From contig JACMRI010000026.1 in assembly GCA_014376525.1 (NCBI GenBank), positions 1 to 63,950 of the forward strand: a DNA stretch of 63,950 nucleotides, read 5' to 3'. This DNA is from Bacteroidia bacterium. GTDB lineage: Bacteria; Bacteroidota; Bacteroidia; UBA4408. Under the pieces are notes generated by a model that was not told where the DNA came from, made no database searches, and saw nothing but the letters and a program-made list of their open reading frames with translations. This document shows positions 18,351-27,144 of this stretch, one piece after another (the stretch's first letter is position 1; each line of letters starts with the position of its first letter). Made by a program: the position numbers and the translations under genes.

Positions 18351-18752
18351 ATGTCAAGCATTTTTACCAAAATAATAAACGGCGAAATACCTTGCTACAA
18401 AGTAGCGGAGGATGACAATCATATAGCTTTTTTAGATGTGTTTCCTTTAAAAAAAGGGCACGTATTGGTTGTGCCTAAAAAAGAAACAGATTATTTGTTT
18501 GATATAGCAACAGAAGAGTACACCGCGTTTATGCTATTTGCACAGCGTGTTGCTAAAGCAATGAAAACGGTATTGCCTTGCAAAAAAATAGGTGTGGCGG
18601 TAGTAGGCTTGGAAGTACCACATGCGCACATTCATCTAATACCAATAAACTCGGTAAGCGATATGAATTTTGCAAACGAAAAACTACAAATCCCTAAAGA
18701 TGAAATGGAGCAACTTGCCAAAAGTTTATTTGCAGCGTATTTAGCACTATAA
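18351..18752 (+). CDS. HIT-family (histidine triad) protein
   Basis: MSSIFTKIINGEIP..FLDVFPLKKGHVLVVPK..VPHAHIHLIP histidine triad. ATG at 18351 preferred over the TTG at 18342. Confidence 0.85.
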   Translation: MSSIFTKIINGEIPCYKVAEDDNHIAFLDVFPLKKGHVLVVPKKETDYLFDIATEEYTAFMLFAQRVAKAMKTVLPCKKIGVAVVGLEVPHAHIHLIPINSVSDMNFANEKLQIPKDEMEQLAKSLFAAYLAL

Positions 18753-18772
18753 TTACTATTTAACCCACACTA

Positions 18773-19471
18773 ATGAAACTTGTAATTCTGTTTTTATTAA
18801 CGCTACTGTCTATTAATTGTACCGCACAAACTGTGGAGCAAATAATAGAAAAACACATAACGGCAATAGGAGGTAGTGAAGCGTGTAAAAAATTGAACAA
18901 TTACAAAATAGAGGGTAAATCAACTGTTATGTTGCAGGAGGTAGGTGTAGTTATGTACAAGAAATACCAAAAAACTCGTCAGGAAATAAGTATGATGGGT
19001 ATGAATATGGTTACGGGCTATAATGGAACAAGTGCATGGATGATAAACCCACTTTCGGGTAACGACAGTGCGGTAGTGCTAGATGATAGTGAAAGTGCAG
19101 GATTAGCCCAAAACAATATTTTTGATAACAATTTGTTGAGCTATATAAATAATGGTTATTTAGTGCAATTATTACCTAAGGAAACTATAGATAAAACGAA
19201 TTGTTTTGTAATACAATTAACTAAAACCAATAAGGCTACAGAAGTATATTATATAAATACCGCTACATTTTTGATAACACAAATAAATGTAACTGTTAAT
19301 ATTAATGGTAAAACAACATTAACCAAACTTAACTACGCCGATTATAAAAAAGAAGGAGATTTACTTATGCCTCACACCATATTCATGCTTATGGGCGAAA
19401 TGAAAATAACAAAAGTTACGTTTGAAACACAGTTAAACGACGCTTTGTTTGAAGTGCCAACCGCTAAGTAA
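18773..19471 (+). CDS. Secreted LolA-fold-like (outer-membrane lipoprotein-sorting-like) protein
   Basis: Signal peptide. Size and QIIEKHITAIGG..K..NYKIEGK pattern resemble the LolA-like DUF family. No catalytic motifs. Confidence 0.45.
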   Translation: MKLVILFLLTLLSINCTAQTVEQIIEKHITAIGGSEACKKLNNYKIEGKSTVMLQEVGVVMYKKYQKTRQEISMMGMNMVTGYNGTSAWMINPLSGNDSAVVLDDSESAGLAQNNIFDNNLLSYINNGYLVQLLPKETIDKTNCFVIQLTKTNKATEVYYINTATFLITQINVTVNINGKTTLTKLNYADYKKEGDLLMPHTIFMLMGEMKITKVTFETQLNDALFEVPTAK

Positions 19472-19490
19472 TAGCAACACTTAATAAGCT

Positions 19491-20390
19491 ATGAACACAC
19501 AAGTATCCGGATTAATAGAGGGTGTAGCGCAAGGTAATTTTAAATTATTAGCCCGAGCCATTACTATTGTAGAAAATGAATTGGAACACAGTATAGCATT
19601 ATTACAAGCATTAACTATAAACTATACCACACCTGTAATAGGTATAACAGGCCCACCAGGTGCAGGCAAAAGCACACTGGTAAACGCACTAATAGCACAA
19701 TTAGTACAAGATGATAAGCGTGTAGCAGTGGTAGCCGTTGATCCTACCTCGCCGTTTAATTATGGGTCGTTGTTGGGGGATAGAATACGTATGGTAGATT
19801 TTTTCAACAATCCTAACGTGTATATTCGCTCGTTGGCTACGCGTGGTTCGCTGGGCGGATTAAGTGAAAAAATAATGGAAGTAACAGACGTGTTACGTGC
19901 CAGTAATTTTGATTACATATTTATAGAAACCGTAGGTGTAGGGCAAAGTGAAGTAGAAATAGCAGGACTAGCAGATGTAACTGTAGTAGTATTAGTACCC
20001 GAAGCTGGCGATGAAGTACAAGGCTTAAAAGCAGGTATAATGGAAATAGCCAATGTGTTTGTAGTAAATAAATCTGACAGACCAGGTGCGCAAGTATTTG
20101 CAAATAACTTGCGCAAACTTACCCACGAGCGAGCTAATGAAACACCTGTACTTACTACAACTGCACACCTTAGGGAAGGAGTGGTAGAATTAATTGAAGC
20201 CATTAACGCGCAATTTAAACACAAAATAACAACACAGAAACATCATTTGTTGGTAGAAAAAATATACCGATTAATACAAAAGCAGCGTATGAAAGATGTA
20301 AGTCGTGTAACTATAGAGCAACAAATAGAGAATTATATAAGTACCGAAAGCGCATTAAACCCATACAAATTGGTAGAGCGTTTTAAGTAG
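19491..20390 (+). CDS. meaB: Methylmalonyl-CoA mutase-associated G3E GTPase MeaB/ArgK
   Basis: LARAITIVEN, P-loop GITGPPGAGKST, VAVVAVDPTSPF..GSLLGDRIRM, FIETVGVGQSE, VVNKSD. Confidence 0.85.
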   Translation: MNTQVSGLIEGVAQGNFKLLARAITIVENELEHSIALLQALTINYTTPVIGITGPPGAGKSTLVNALIAQLVQDDKRVAVVAVDPTSPFNYGSLLGDRIRMVDFFNNPNVYIRSLATRGSLGGLSEKIMEVTDVLRASNFDYIFIETVGVGQSEVEIAGLADVTVVVLVPEAGDEVQGLKAGIMEIANVFVVNKSDRPGAQVFANNLRKLTHERANETPVLTTTAHLREGVVELIEAINAQFKHKITTQKHHLLVEKIYRLIQKQRMKDVSRVTIEQQIENYISTESALNPYKLVERFK

Positions 20391-20749
20391 TTTTATGCTT
20401 GCATTAAAGTGAATATCTCAAGTCTGGTTTGCTAAATAAAAGAACATTTTATAAAGTGGCTAATCGTATTAAAATTTATAAAAAGATAAGTTTAAAAATA
20501 AATTGTTTATTATCGTTATTTGGCTTTAAGCAACTATAATGATTTTTAAGATTATCCATTTGGTTAAGAATAATTAAAAAAAACCTTAAATTGAGTATGA
20601 AATTAAGTTTGAGTTTGCGCAGTTGTTAGGTGTGAATGATGTAACTTCTATTCATTATTATATAACACTAATTCTATACTCATTATGCAAATTTGCAGTG
20701 TTAATTAACATTCAATATAATTAAAAACTAAACTAAATAAAACTAAAAC

Positions 20750-20938
20750 ATGAAAAATTTAACTGAATTAAAAGGAAATTGGAACGAAATAAAAGGTAAA
20801 TTAAAACAAGAATACGCAATACTTACTGACGACGATTTGTTGTTAGTAGATGGAAAGCAAGATGAGATGCTGGGTAAGTTGCAAGTAAAACTTGGTAAAA
20901 CAAAAGAAGAATTACAAAAGTTTATTTCAGAATTATAA
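20750..20938 (+). CDS. CsbD-family stress-response protein
   Basis: 62 aa. KGNWNEIKGKLKQEYAILTDDDLLLVDGKQDEMLGKLQVKLGKTKEE is the CsbD repeat signature. Confidence 0.8.
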   Translation: MKNLTELKGNWNEIKGKLKQEYAILTDDDLLLVDGKQDEMLGKLQVKLGKTKEELQKFISEL

Positions 20939-20967
20939 TTAATAAGTATATATTAAAAACAATACTT

Positions 20968-21408
20968 ATGAAACTATTAAGCACCATTCCTATTGTAGCG
21001 CTTGTTGTAATGGCAACATATACAAGTTGCAAAACACCTGCCGAAAAGGTTGATAAAGCTGAGGAAAAAGTAATAGAGGCTAACCAAAATTTGGAAATTG
21101 CAACTAATGATTATTTAGTAGATATTGAAAAATATAAAATTGAAACAGCTAACAAAATAGCTGCTAACGATAAAAGTATAGCCGATATTAAGGTAAAAGT
21201 TCTTAGCCAAAAAGAAGATGTGCGAGATAAATACGTTAAAAGAATAGAAAAATTGGAACGCAAAAATACGGACTTAAAAAAACGTATGGATGATTATAAA
21301 GCCAGCGGTAAAGAAAATTGGGAACATTTTAAACTAGAGTTTAAAAGTGATATGGACGATTTAGGAAAATCGTTTCAAAATGTGTTTATTAATAATGTTG
21401 ATGTTTAG
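20968..21408 (+). CDS. Coiled-coil lipoprotein, unknown function
   Basis: Signal/lipobox VVMATYTSC. Lys/Glu-rich heptad-like sequence. No known motif recognised. Confidence 0.5.
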   Translation: MKLLSTIPIVALVVMATYTSCKTPAEKVDKAEEKVIEANQNLEIATNDYLVDIEKYKIETANKIAANDKSIADIKVKVLSQKEDVRDKYVKRIEKLERKNTDLKKRMDDYKASGKENWEHFKLEFKSDMDDLGKSFQNVFINNVDV

Positions 21409-21439
21409 CAATATACACAACTAAAAACAAAAGACAATT

Positions 21440-22078
21440 ATGAAAAAATTAATTTTAATAGCGTTAAGTATTGTAAGTGTAAATAGTATATCTAATGCAC
21501 AAGATGATGACAACCGTAGGGAAAAAATAATAATTGGAGCTAAAGTTGGGGGAAATTTATCTAACGTGTACGACGATTCTGGCGAGGATTTTATTGCCGA
21601 TAGTAAGCTAGGATTGGCTTTGGGTGCTTTTTTAGCAATACCTATCAATAAGTTTATAGGTGTACAACCTGAAGTTTTGTATTCTCAAAAAGGTTTTAAA
21701 GCCTCTGGTAGATTATTAGGAAGTACCTATTCGTTTACGCGCACTACAAGTTTTATAGATGTTCCTTTGTTGTTAGCAATTAAACCTTCTGAGAATTTAA
21801 CTTTATTGATTGGACCCCAATATTCATTTTTATTACAGCAAAAGGATGTATTTAGCAATGGGACTAACAGTGTACAACAAATAACAGAATTTCAAAACGA
21901 TGACATACGTAAAAACATGTTGTGCGCTACAGGTGGTATTGATATTAGTTTTAAATACATGGTATTGGGTTTAAGAGCAGGCATAGACTTGCAAAGCAAT
22001 AATGTAAACGGTACATCTAACACTCCACGCTACAAAAACACTTGGTTACAAGCTACTGTAGGTTTTAGGTTATTATAA
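21440..22078 (+). CDS. Small outer-membrane beta-barrel (porin-family / PorT-like) protein
   Basis: Signal peptide. IGAKVGGNLSNVY start, alternating strands, C-terminal WLQATVGFRLL. ~210 aa, typical of OMP_b-brl_2 proteins. Confidence 0.65.
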   Translation: MKKLILIALSIVSVNSISNAQDDDNRREKIIIGAKVGGNLSNVYDDSGEDFIADSKLGLALGAFLAIPINKFIGVQPEVLYSQKGFKASGRLLGSTYSFTRTTSFIDVPLLLAIKPSENLTLLIGPQYSFLLQQKDVFSNGTNSVQQITEFQNDDIRKNMLCATGGIDISFKYMVLGLRAGIDLQSNNVNGTSNTPRYKNTWLQATVGFRLL

Positions 22079-22160
22079 ATAAATATATTGTAAAAAAGTA
22101 TTTATAACATTTAATACTATAAAAATATTAATATTTTTTAGAATATAAAACTATACTATA

Positions 22161-22198
22161 AACTAGTCATTGATAAAATTCAATGGCTAGTTTTTTTA
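22161..22198 (+). terminator. Rho-independent terminator
   Basis: actagtcattga taaaat tcaatggctagt (one G-U pair) followed by ttttttt, after 21440-22078. Confidence 0.7.
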
Positions 22199-22426
22199 GT
22201 TTAAATAGTTATCAAGCTATTTCCAATACAGTTTTTTCCAGCTAATCATAGACCTATTTCACTAAGTAAAAAACTAAGTTAAATCAAAATTAAAGTTAAG
22301 CCTAAAATTGCAAAATAGTTAGCCTGCTTTTTGTTTATTTTAACGGGTCTATTTTGTTTATGATTATTTAAAATAAGTTAAACAAAAATAGTGTACATTT
22401 ACACATGTAAAAAAACACTATTGGTT

Positions 22427-23722
22427 ATGAAAACAAAAATAGTATGGTTCCGCAACGACTTACGCATACACGACAACGCCACGCTTAGCACTGCAATAAA
22501 CAACAGTGATGAAATAATACCTTTGTATATATTTGATGTGCGACAGTTTCAAACTACCCATTTTGGTTTTAAAAAAACAGGTGTAGTGCGCACGCAATTT
22601 TTGTTAGAAAGTGTACAAAATTTACAATACAATTTACAACAGCTAGGTGGCAATTTAATAGTACGTGTGGGTATCCCAGAGTTTATAATACCCGAACTTT
22701 GCAAACGTTATAACGTTACATCGGTTTACTTTAGTAAAGAGGTTACTCCTGAAGAAGTACGCGTAGAAAATGCAGTAGAAAAAGAACTTATAAAGCTTGG
22801 CGTAAATTGGAAAGAAGAGTGGACATCAACACTTTTAACTAAAGACGATTTGCCATTTAGTATACCAAAAATGCCAGATGTTTTTACCACATTTAGAACC
22901 AAAGTTGAACACAATTGTTCTTATGCAGATGTAGTGCCAACGCCAGTAAAAATTAATATCCCAAAGGATATAACTGTAGAAGAACTGCCAACTGTAGAAC
23001 GCTTATTGCATTCGCAAAATTACACCATTGATAAACGTAGAGCTATAGGGTTTAAGGGTGGAGAAACTGAAGCAATAAAACGCTTAAACGAGTATGTGTG
23101 GGAGCGCAATTGCCTCAAAGATTATTTCGAAACTCGCAACGGATTAATAGGGGAGGACTACTCTTCTAAATTCTCTGCATGGTTGGCATTGGGCTGTTTA
23201 TCTCCTAGATTAATATACAAGGAAGCAAAGCAATACGAAGTACAGCGCATCAAAAACAAATCTACTTATTGGTTAATATTTGAATTATTGTGGAGAGATT
23301 TCTTTCGGTTTTCTGCACAAAAGAATTACACAAAATTATTTACCGAAAATGGTTTTAATGATGCAGACAAAGCAAAAAACGAAGATGATTTTGTAAATTT
23401 AGAAAAATGGATAAACGGAGTTACTGGAGTTGATTTTGTTGATGCTAATATGAACGAACTTAGGCTTACAGGTTTTATGAGTAACCGTGGGCGACAAATA
23501 ACTGCAAGTTATTTGGTGAATGATTTAAAAGTAAATTGGTTAATGGGTGCCGAATATTTTGAAAGTCAACTAATAGACTATGATGTATGCAGTAATTACG
23601 GTAACTGGGCATACATAGCTGGTGTAGGAAATGACCCACGCCCCGACCGTTATTTTAATATAGATAAACAAGCTGCTAGCTATGACCCTCAAAAAAAATA
23701 CCGCCAACTTTGGTTATCCTAA
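22427..23722 (+). CDS. Cryptochrome DASH / photolyase-family flavoprotein
   Basis: MKTKIVWFRNDLRIHDN N-terminus, SKFSAWLALGCLSPR, WLIFELLWRDFF, GFMSNRGRQITASYL, WAYIAGVGNDPR. ATG at 22427 preferred over the GTG at 22391. Confidence 0.85.
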   Translation: MKTKIVWFRNDLRIHDNATLSTAINNSDEIIPLYIFDVRQFQTTHFGFKKTGVVRTQFLLESVQNLQYNLQQLGGNLIVRVGIPEFIIPELCKRYNVTSVYFSKEVTPEEVRVENAVEKELIKLGVNWKEEWTSTLLTKDDLPFSIPKMPDVFTTFRTKVEHNCSYADVVPTPVKINIPKDITVEELPTVERLLHSQNYTIDKRRAIGFKGGETEAIKRLNEYVWERNCLKDYFETRNGLIGEDYSSKFSAWLALGCLSPRLIYKEAKQYEVQRIKNKSTYWLIFELLWRDFFRFSAQKNYTKLFTENGFNDADKAKNEDDFVNLEKWINGVTGVDFVDANMNELRLTGFMSNRGRQITASYLVNDLKVNWLMGAEYFESQLIDYDVCSNYGNWAYIAGVGNDPRPDRYFNIDKQAASYDPQKKYRQLWLS

Positions 23723-23975
23723 ACACTAAATTTTTAATAATAACCACCAATTATAATTGTAAAAAATTATAATTATAAATGTTTTTTTTATTAGTTGTAA
23801 AGATGAATGAAAGAGCTTGGTTAGGAGGTTTTATAAAATTTACTGTATCGTTGAAATTACAAAATAAAAATATATTATTAGACCAAAATCAATTTATAAA
23901 CTGTAACATATACAACACCTTAACACTTATTATTTGTTCACTATTCAAATTTAACATCTCAAAAAACCTAAAAAA

Positions 23976-24443
23976 ATGTTACACACTTACACTACCACTC
24001 AATTTATTAAAAGTGATATAGATACCGTATGGGATTTTATGCGCTCTCCCCAAAACCTAGCAAAAATTACCCCCGCGCACATGGGTTTTGATATTGTAGG
24101 ACATACCGAAGGCTTAGACAATATGTATGCAGGGCAAATAATTGAGTATTACGTAAAACCAATTGCGGGCATACCTTTGCATTGGGCAACCGAAATTACA
24201 CAAGTAAAACATAAAGAATATTTTATTGATGAACAACGCTTTGGACCATACGCTTTTTGGCATCACAAGCATTTTTTAAAAATAGTAGATGGCGGCGTAG
24301 AAATGACTGACCTCATACACTACAAAGCACCATTTGGTATTATAGGCCGTATTGCTAATGCTTTGTTTATTAAACAACAAGTAAAAGCAATATTTGATTA
24401 TCGTTTCAAAAAAATAGATGAGCTATTTAATAATGGAAAATAA
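23976..24443 (+). CDS. SRPBCC-fold (cyclase/dehydrase-like) protein
   Basis: 155 aa. FIKSDIDTVWDFMRSPQNLAKITP..WHHKHF pattern of the SRPBCC/DUF1857-like ligand-binding fold. Overlaps the next gene by 26 nt. Confidence 0.6.
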   Translation: MLHTYTTTQFIKSDIDTVWDFMRSPQNLAKITPAHMGFDIVGHTEGLDNMYAGQIIEYYVKPIAGIPLHWATEITQVKHKEYFIDEQRFGPYAFWHHKHFLKIVDGGVEMTDLIHYKAPFGIIGRIANALFIKQQVKAIFDYRFKKIDELFNNGK

Positions 24444-24825
24444 CACTGACCCAACATACTGTTATTATAGTGATTTACCCTCGCCTGCAGCGTATATAGA
24501 TGATGATGCAATTGTGCTAATAACCGCCAAAGCTATATTGCCAATAACTATTGATCAGCAGGCTATAATAGATCACGACAGAATTATAGAAATGGCTTGG
24601 GAAGATAGAACCCCCTTTGATGCTATACAGTTTCAGTTTGGTTTAAACGAAGCTAAGGTAAAAGAGTTAATGAAAAAAGCATTGAAACCAAGCAGTTACA
24701 AGTTATGGCGAGCTCGTGTACATGCTTGCAACACCAAGCACATAGCAAAACGCTCTAACGAAATTGATAGATTTAAGTGTAACTTGCAACGCGGTATTAG
24801 CAACAACAAAATTTCAAAACGATAA
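24418..24825 (+). CDS. DUF2805 / TIGR03643-like photolyase-associated small protein
   Basis: IIEMAWEDRTPFDAIQFQFGLNEAKVKELMKKALKPSSYKLWRARV core. Start could instead be the ATG at 24433. Confidence 0.65.
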   Translation: MSYLIMENNTDPTYCYYSDLPSPAAYIDDDAIVLITAKAILPITIDQQAIIDHDRIIEMAWEDRTPFDAIQFQFGLNEAKVKELMKKALKPSSYKLWRARVHACNTKHIAKRSNEIDRFKCNLQRGISNNKISKR

Positions 24826-24847
24826 ATTAACTCACAGATATTTAACA

Positions 24848-25540
24848 ATGAGCAAAACTTACTTATTTGCAGGCGCATCAAGCCATATAGCCATACAAAC
24901 CGCTACGCAGTTGCAAGCCCAGGGACATACCGTTATTGGTTTATCAACTAAAACTAACAACACGGTGTACAACGAATTTTACACAGTTGAAAATTATGAG
25001 TTTGGAAATTATCCAGTAATTACTAGTGTTATAGATGGACTGGTATATTTTCCTGGAACTATAAATTTGAAGCCGTTTAACCGCCTTACCAATAACGATT
25101 TCACCACTGACTACACTATAAACAGTTTAGGTGCAGCGGCATTTGTACAAATGTATTTATCAAATTTAAAAACGGCAAACGCACCAAGCATAGTATTTAT
25201 AAGTACTGTGGCGGTGGGAACAGGCATGCCATTTCACGCATCTATAGCTATGGCAAAAGGTGCGGTAGAAGGTTTAACCAAAGCCTTAGCGGCAGAGTTG
25301 GCACCTAAGGTGCGTGTAAACTGCGTTGCGCCATCATTAACCAATACACCTCTTGCTGAAAAATTATTAAATACTCCCGAAAAAATGGAGGCTTCGGAAA
25401 AACGGAATCCATTAAAAAAAGTAGGAACAACAACTGAATTGGCCAACTCCATTGAGTTTTTGTTAAGCGAAAAAGCAAGCTGGATAACTGGGCAAATACT
25501 TGCCGTAGATGGAGGTATGGGTAATTTAAAATTGATGTAA
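24848..25540 (+). CDS. Short-chain dehydrogenase/reductase (SDR) family oxidoreductase
   Basis: YLFAGASSHIA Rossmann start, catalytic-region ASIAMAKGAVEGLTKALAAELAPKVRVNCVAPS, C-terminal ITGQILAVDGG. ATG at 24848 preferred over the ORF-track start at 24764. Confidence 0.85.
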   Translation: MSKTYLFAGASSHIAIQTATQLQAQGHTVIGLSTKTNNTVYNEFYTVENYEFGNYPVITSVIDGLVYFPGTINLKPFNRLTNNDFTTDYTINSLGAAAFVQMYLSNLKTANAPSIVFISTVAVGTGMPFHASIAMAKGAVEGLTKALAAELAPKVRVNCVAPSLTNTPLAEKLLNTPEKMEASEKRNPLKKVGTTTELANSIEFLLSEKASWITGQILAVDGGMGNLKLM

Positions 25541-25544
25541 AATA

Positions 25545-26183
25545 ATGCAAAATCATTTATCATACGATGAAATTATGGCGTTGGAGCAACGTTACAGAGC
25601 ATCGCTTATTAACTCCTTAGGTGGGTTTAAAAGTGTATGTTTAATTGGTACTAAAAACACGCTTAGTCAAACTAATTTAGCCATATTTAATTCGTTGGTA
25701 CATATAGGGGCAAACCCACCATTGATAGGATTTATAGTACGCCCCGACACTGCCGAACGACATACTTTGTCAAATATTTTGGCAACTAATTATTACACTA
25801 TAAATCATATTAACGAAACTATATATGAGCAAGCGCATCAAACAGCAGCAAGGTATGAAGCAAATGCTTCGGAATTTGATGCAACACAATTAACCGAAGA
25901 GTATAAGCACAATTTTTTTGCGCCTTACGTACAACAATCGCACGTGCAATTAGGAGTAGAGTTTAAACAACGAATTGACCTTACCATTAACGGAGCTATA
26001 TTTATTATTGGCGAAATAAAACATGTGTATTATCCGCAAGAATGCCTGCATAACACTGGATTTATAGATTTAGAACTAGCCAAAACAATAACCTGTAGCG
26101 GTTTATACAGCTACCATACTACGCAATTATTAGGTAGATTATCGTATGCAAAACCAAATACACTACCACACAAAATAGACTAG
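25545..26183 (+). CDS. Flavin reductase-like (FMN-binding split-barrel) protein
   Basis: 212 aa. LINSLGGFKSVCLIGT..NLAIFNSLVHIGANPPLIGFIVRP resembles the flavin reductase domain family. 4 nt after the SDR gene. Confidence 0.65.
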   Translation: MQNHLSYDEIMALEQRYRASLINSLGGFKSVCLIGTKNTLSQTNLAIFNSLVHIGANPPLIGFIVRPDTAERHTLSNILATNYYTINHINETIYEQAHQTAARYEANASEFDATQLTEEYKHNFFAPYVQQSHVQLGVEFKQRIDLTINGAIFIIGEIKHVYYPQECLHNTGFIDLELAKTITCSGLYSYHTTQLLGRLSYAKPNTLPHKID

Positions 26184-26354
26184 CTTTTTTTGTTTTTTAA
26201 ATAATATTTGAATAAAAAATAGTTAAAATTATTTATATTAATTGTAGTATATTTAAAAATAGTATATTTAAAAAAAAATTGAGGAGTGCAGAAACCTTAA
26301 ACGCGGAGAAACCGAAAATCCATAAGAGTAGGTAAAAACTAAAAAAAATAAAAA

Positions 26355-27077
26355 ATGGAACATTTAAAAATTGCAAGCGACAATTACGTGGCGTTCACGT
26401 TTTTCATTGGAACTATGGCTATGATGGCAGCATCAGTCTTTTTCTTCTTTGAAATAAACAACACACCTCAGAAATGGAGAACTTCGGTTTTAGTATCTGG
26501 GTTAATTACATTTATTGCAGCAGTGCATTATTATTACATGAGAGGTTACAATCTTGAAACGGGAGATTCACCAACCTTTTTTCGTTATGTAGATTGGATA
26601 CTAACAGTACCTTTAATGTGTGTTGAGTTTTATTTAATTACTAAAAAAGCGGGTGCCAAAATTTCGTTATTATGGAAATTAATTGCTGCTTCGTTGGTAA
26701 TGTTAATTACAGGTTATTTAGGAGAAACTATTGACAGAGACAGTAGTGTAATGTGGGGCGTACTTTCTGGCCTTGCATATTTTTACATCGTTTACACAAT
26801 TTGGTTTGGCGAAGTTGCAAAATTATCACAAACTGCTGGAGTTGAGGTTACAAAGGCAATTAAGATTTTAGGCTGGTTTGTGTTGGTAGGTTGGTCAATA
26901 TATCCATTAGGATATATATTGGGTACACCAGGAGGATTTTTTGGAATACAAATTGTATCAGACATTGATGCTGCAACCAAAGCAATGGATATAGTTTATA
27001 ATATTGCCGATGCCATAAATAAAATTGGCTTTGGTTTAGTAATTTACTCACTATCTCGTGCAGAAGATAAAGTTTAA
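26355..27077 (+). CDS. Proteorhodopsin (light-driven proton pump, DTE motif, Met at tuning position)
   Basis: Seven TM segments. AAVHYYYMR (His75 equivalent), FRYVDWILTVPLMCVEFY (D80/T84/M88/E91, equivalent to PR D97/T101/L105/E108), Schiff-base Lys in YNIADAINKIGFG (K223). Confidence 0.9.
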   Translation: MEHLKIASDNYVAFTFFIGTMAMMAASVFFFFEINNTPQKWRTSVLVSGLITFIAAVHYYYMRGYNLETGDSPTFFRYVDWILTVPLMCVEFYLITKKAGAKISLLWKLIAASLVMLITGYLGETIDRDSSVMWGVLSGLAYFYIVYTIWFGEVAKLSQTAGVEVTKAIKILGWFVLVGWSIYPLGYILGTPGGFFGIQIVSDIDAATKAMDIVYNIADAINKIGFGLVIYSLSRAEDKV

Positions 27078-27106
27078 TTTTTTACAATACATTTTTATAT
27101 AGTATC

Positions 27107-27144
27107 AAAAGCAATCGTTGAATCTTTCAACGATTGCTTTTTTT
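27107..27144. terminator. Bidirectional terminator shared by convergent proteorhodopsin and PolX genes
   Basis: gcaatcgttgaa tct ttcaacgattgc (12-bp perfect stem) flanked by aaaa and ttttttt. The right arm contains the last PolX codons and its TGA stop. Confidence 0.8.

Noticed and set aside
23779-24021. 80-aa plus-strand ORF between cry-DASH and the SRPBCC gene
   Set aside because: Low-complexity Leu/Asn/Lys/Ile-rich sequence in AT-rich intergenic DNA that overlaps the start of the next well-supported gene. No motif. Likely non-coding promoter region.
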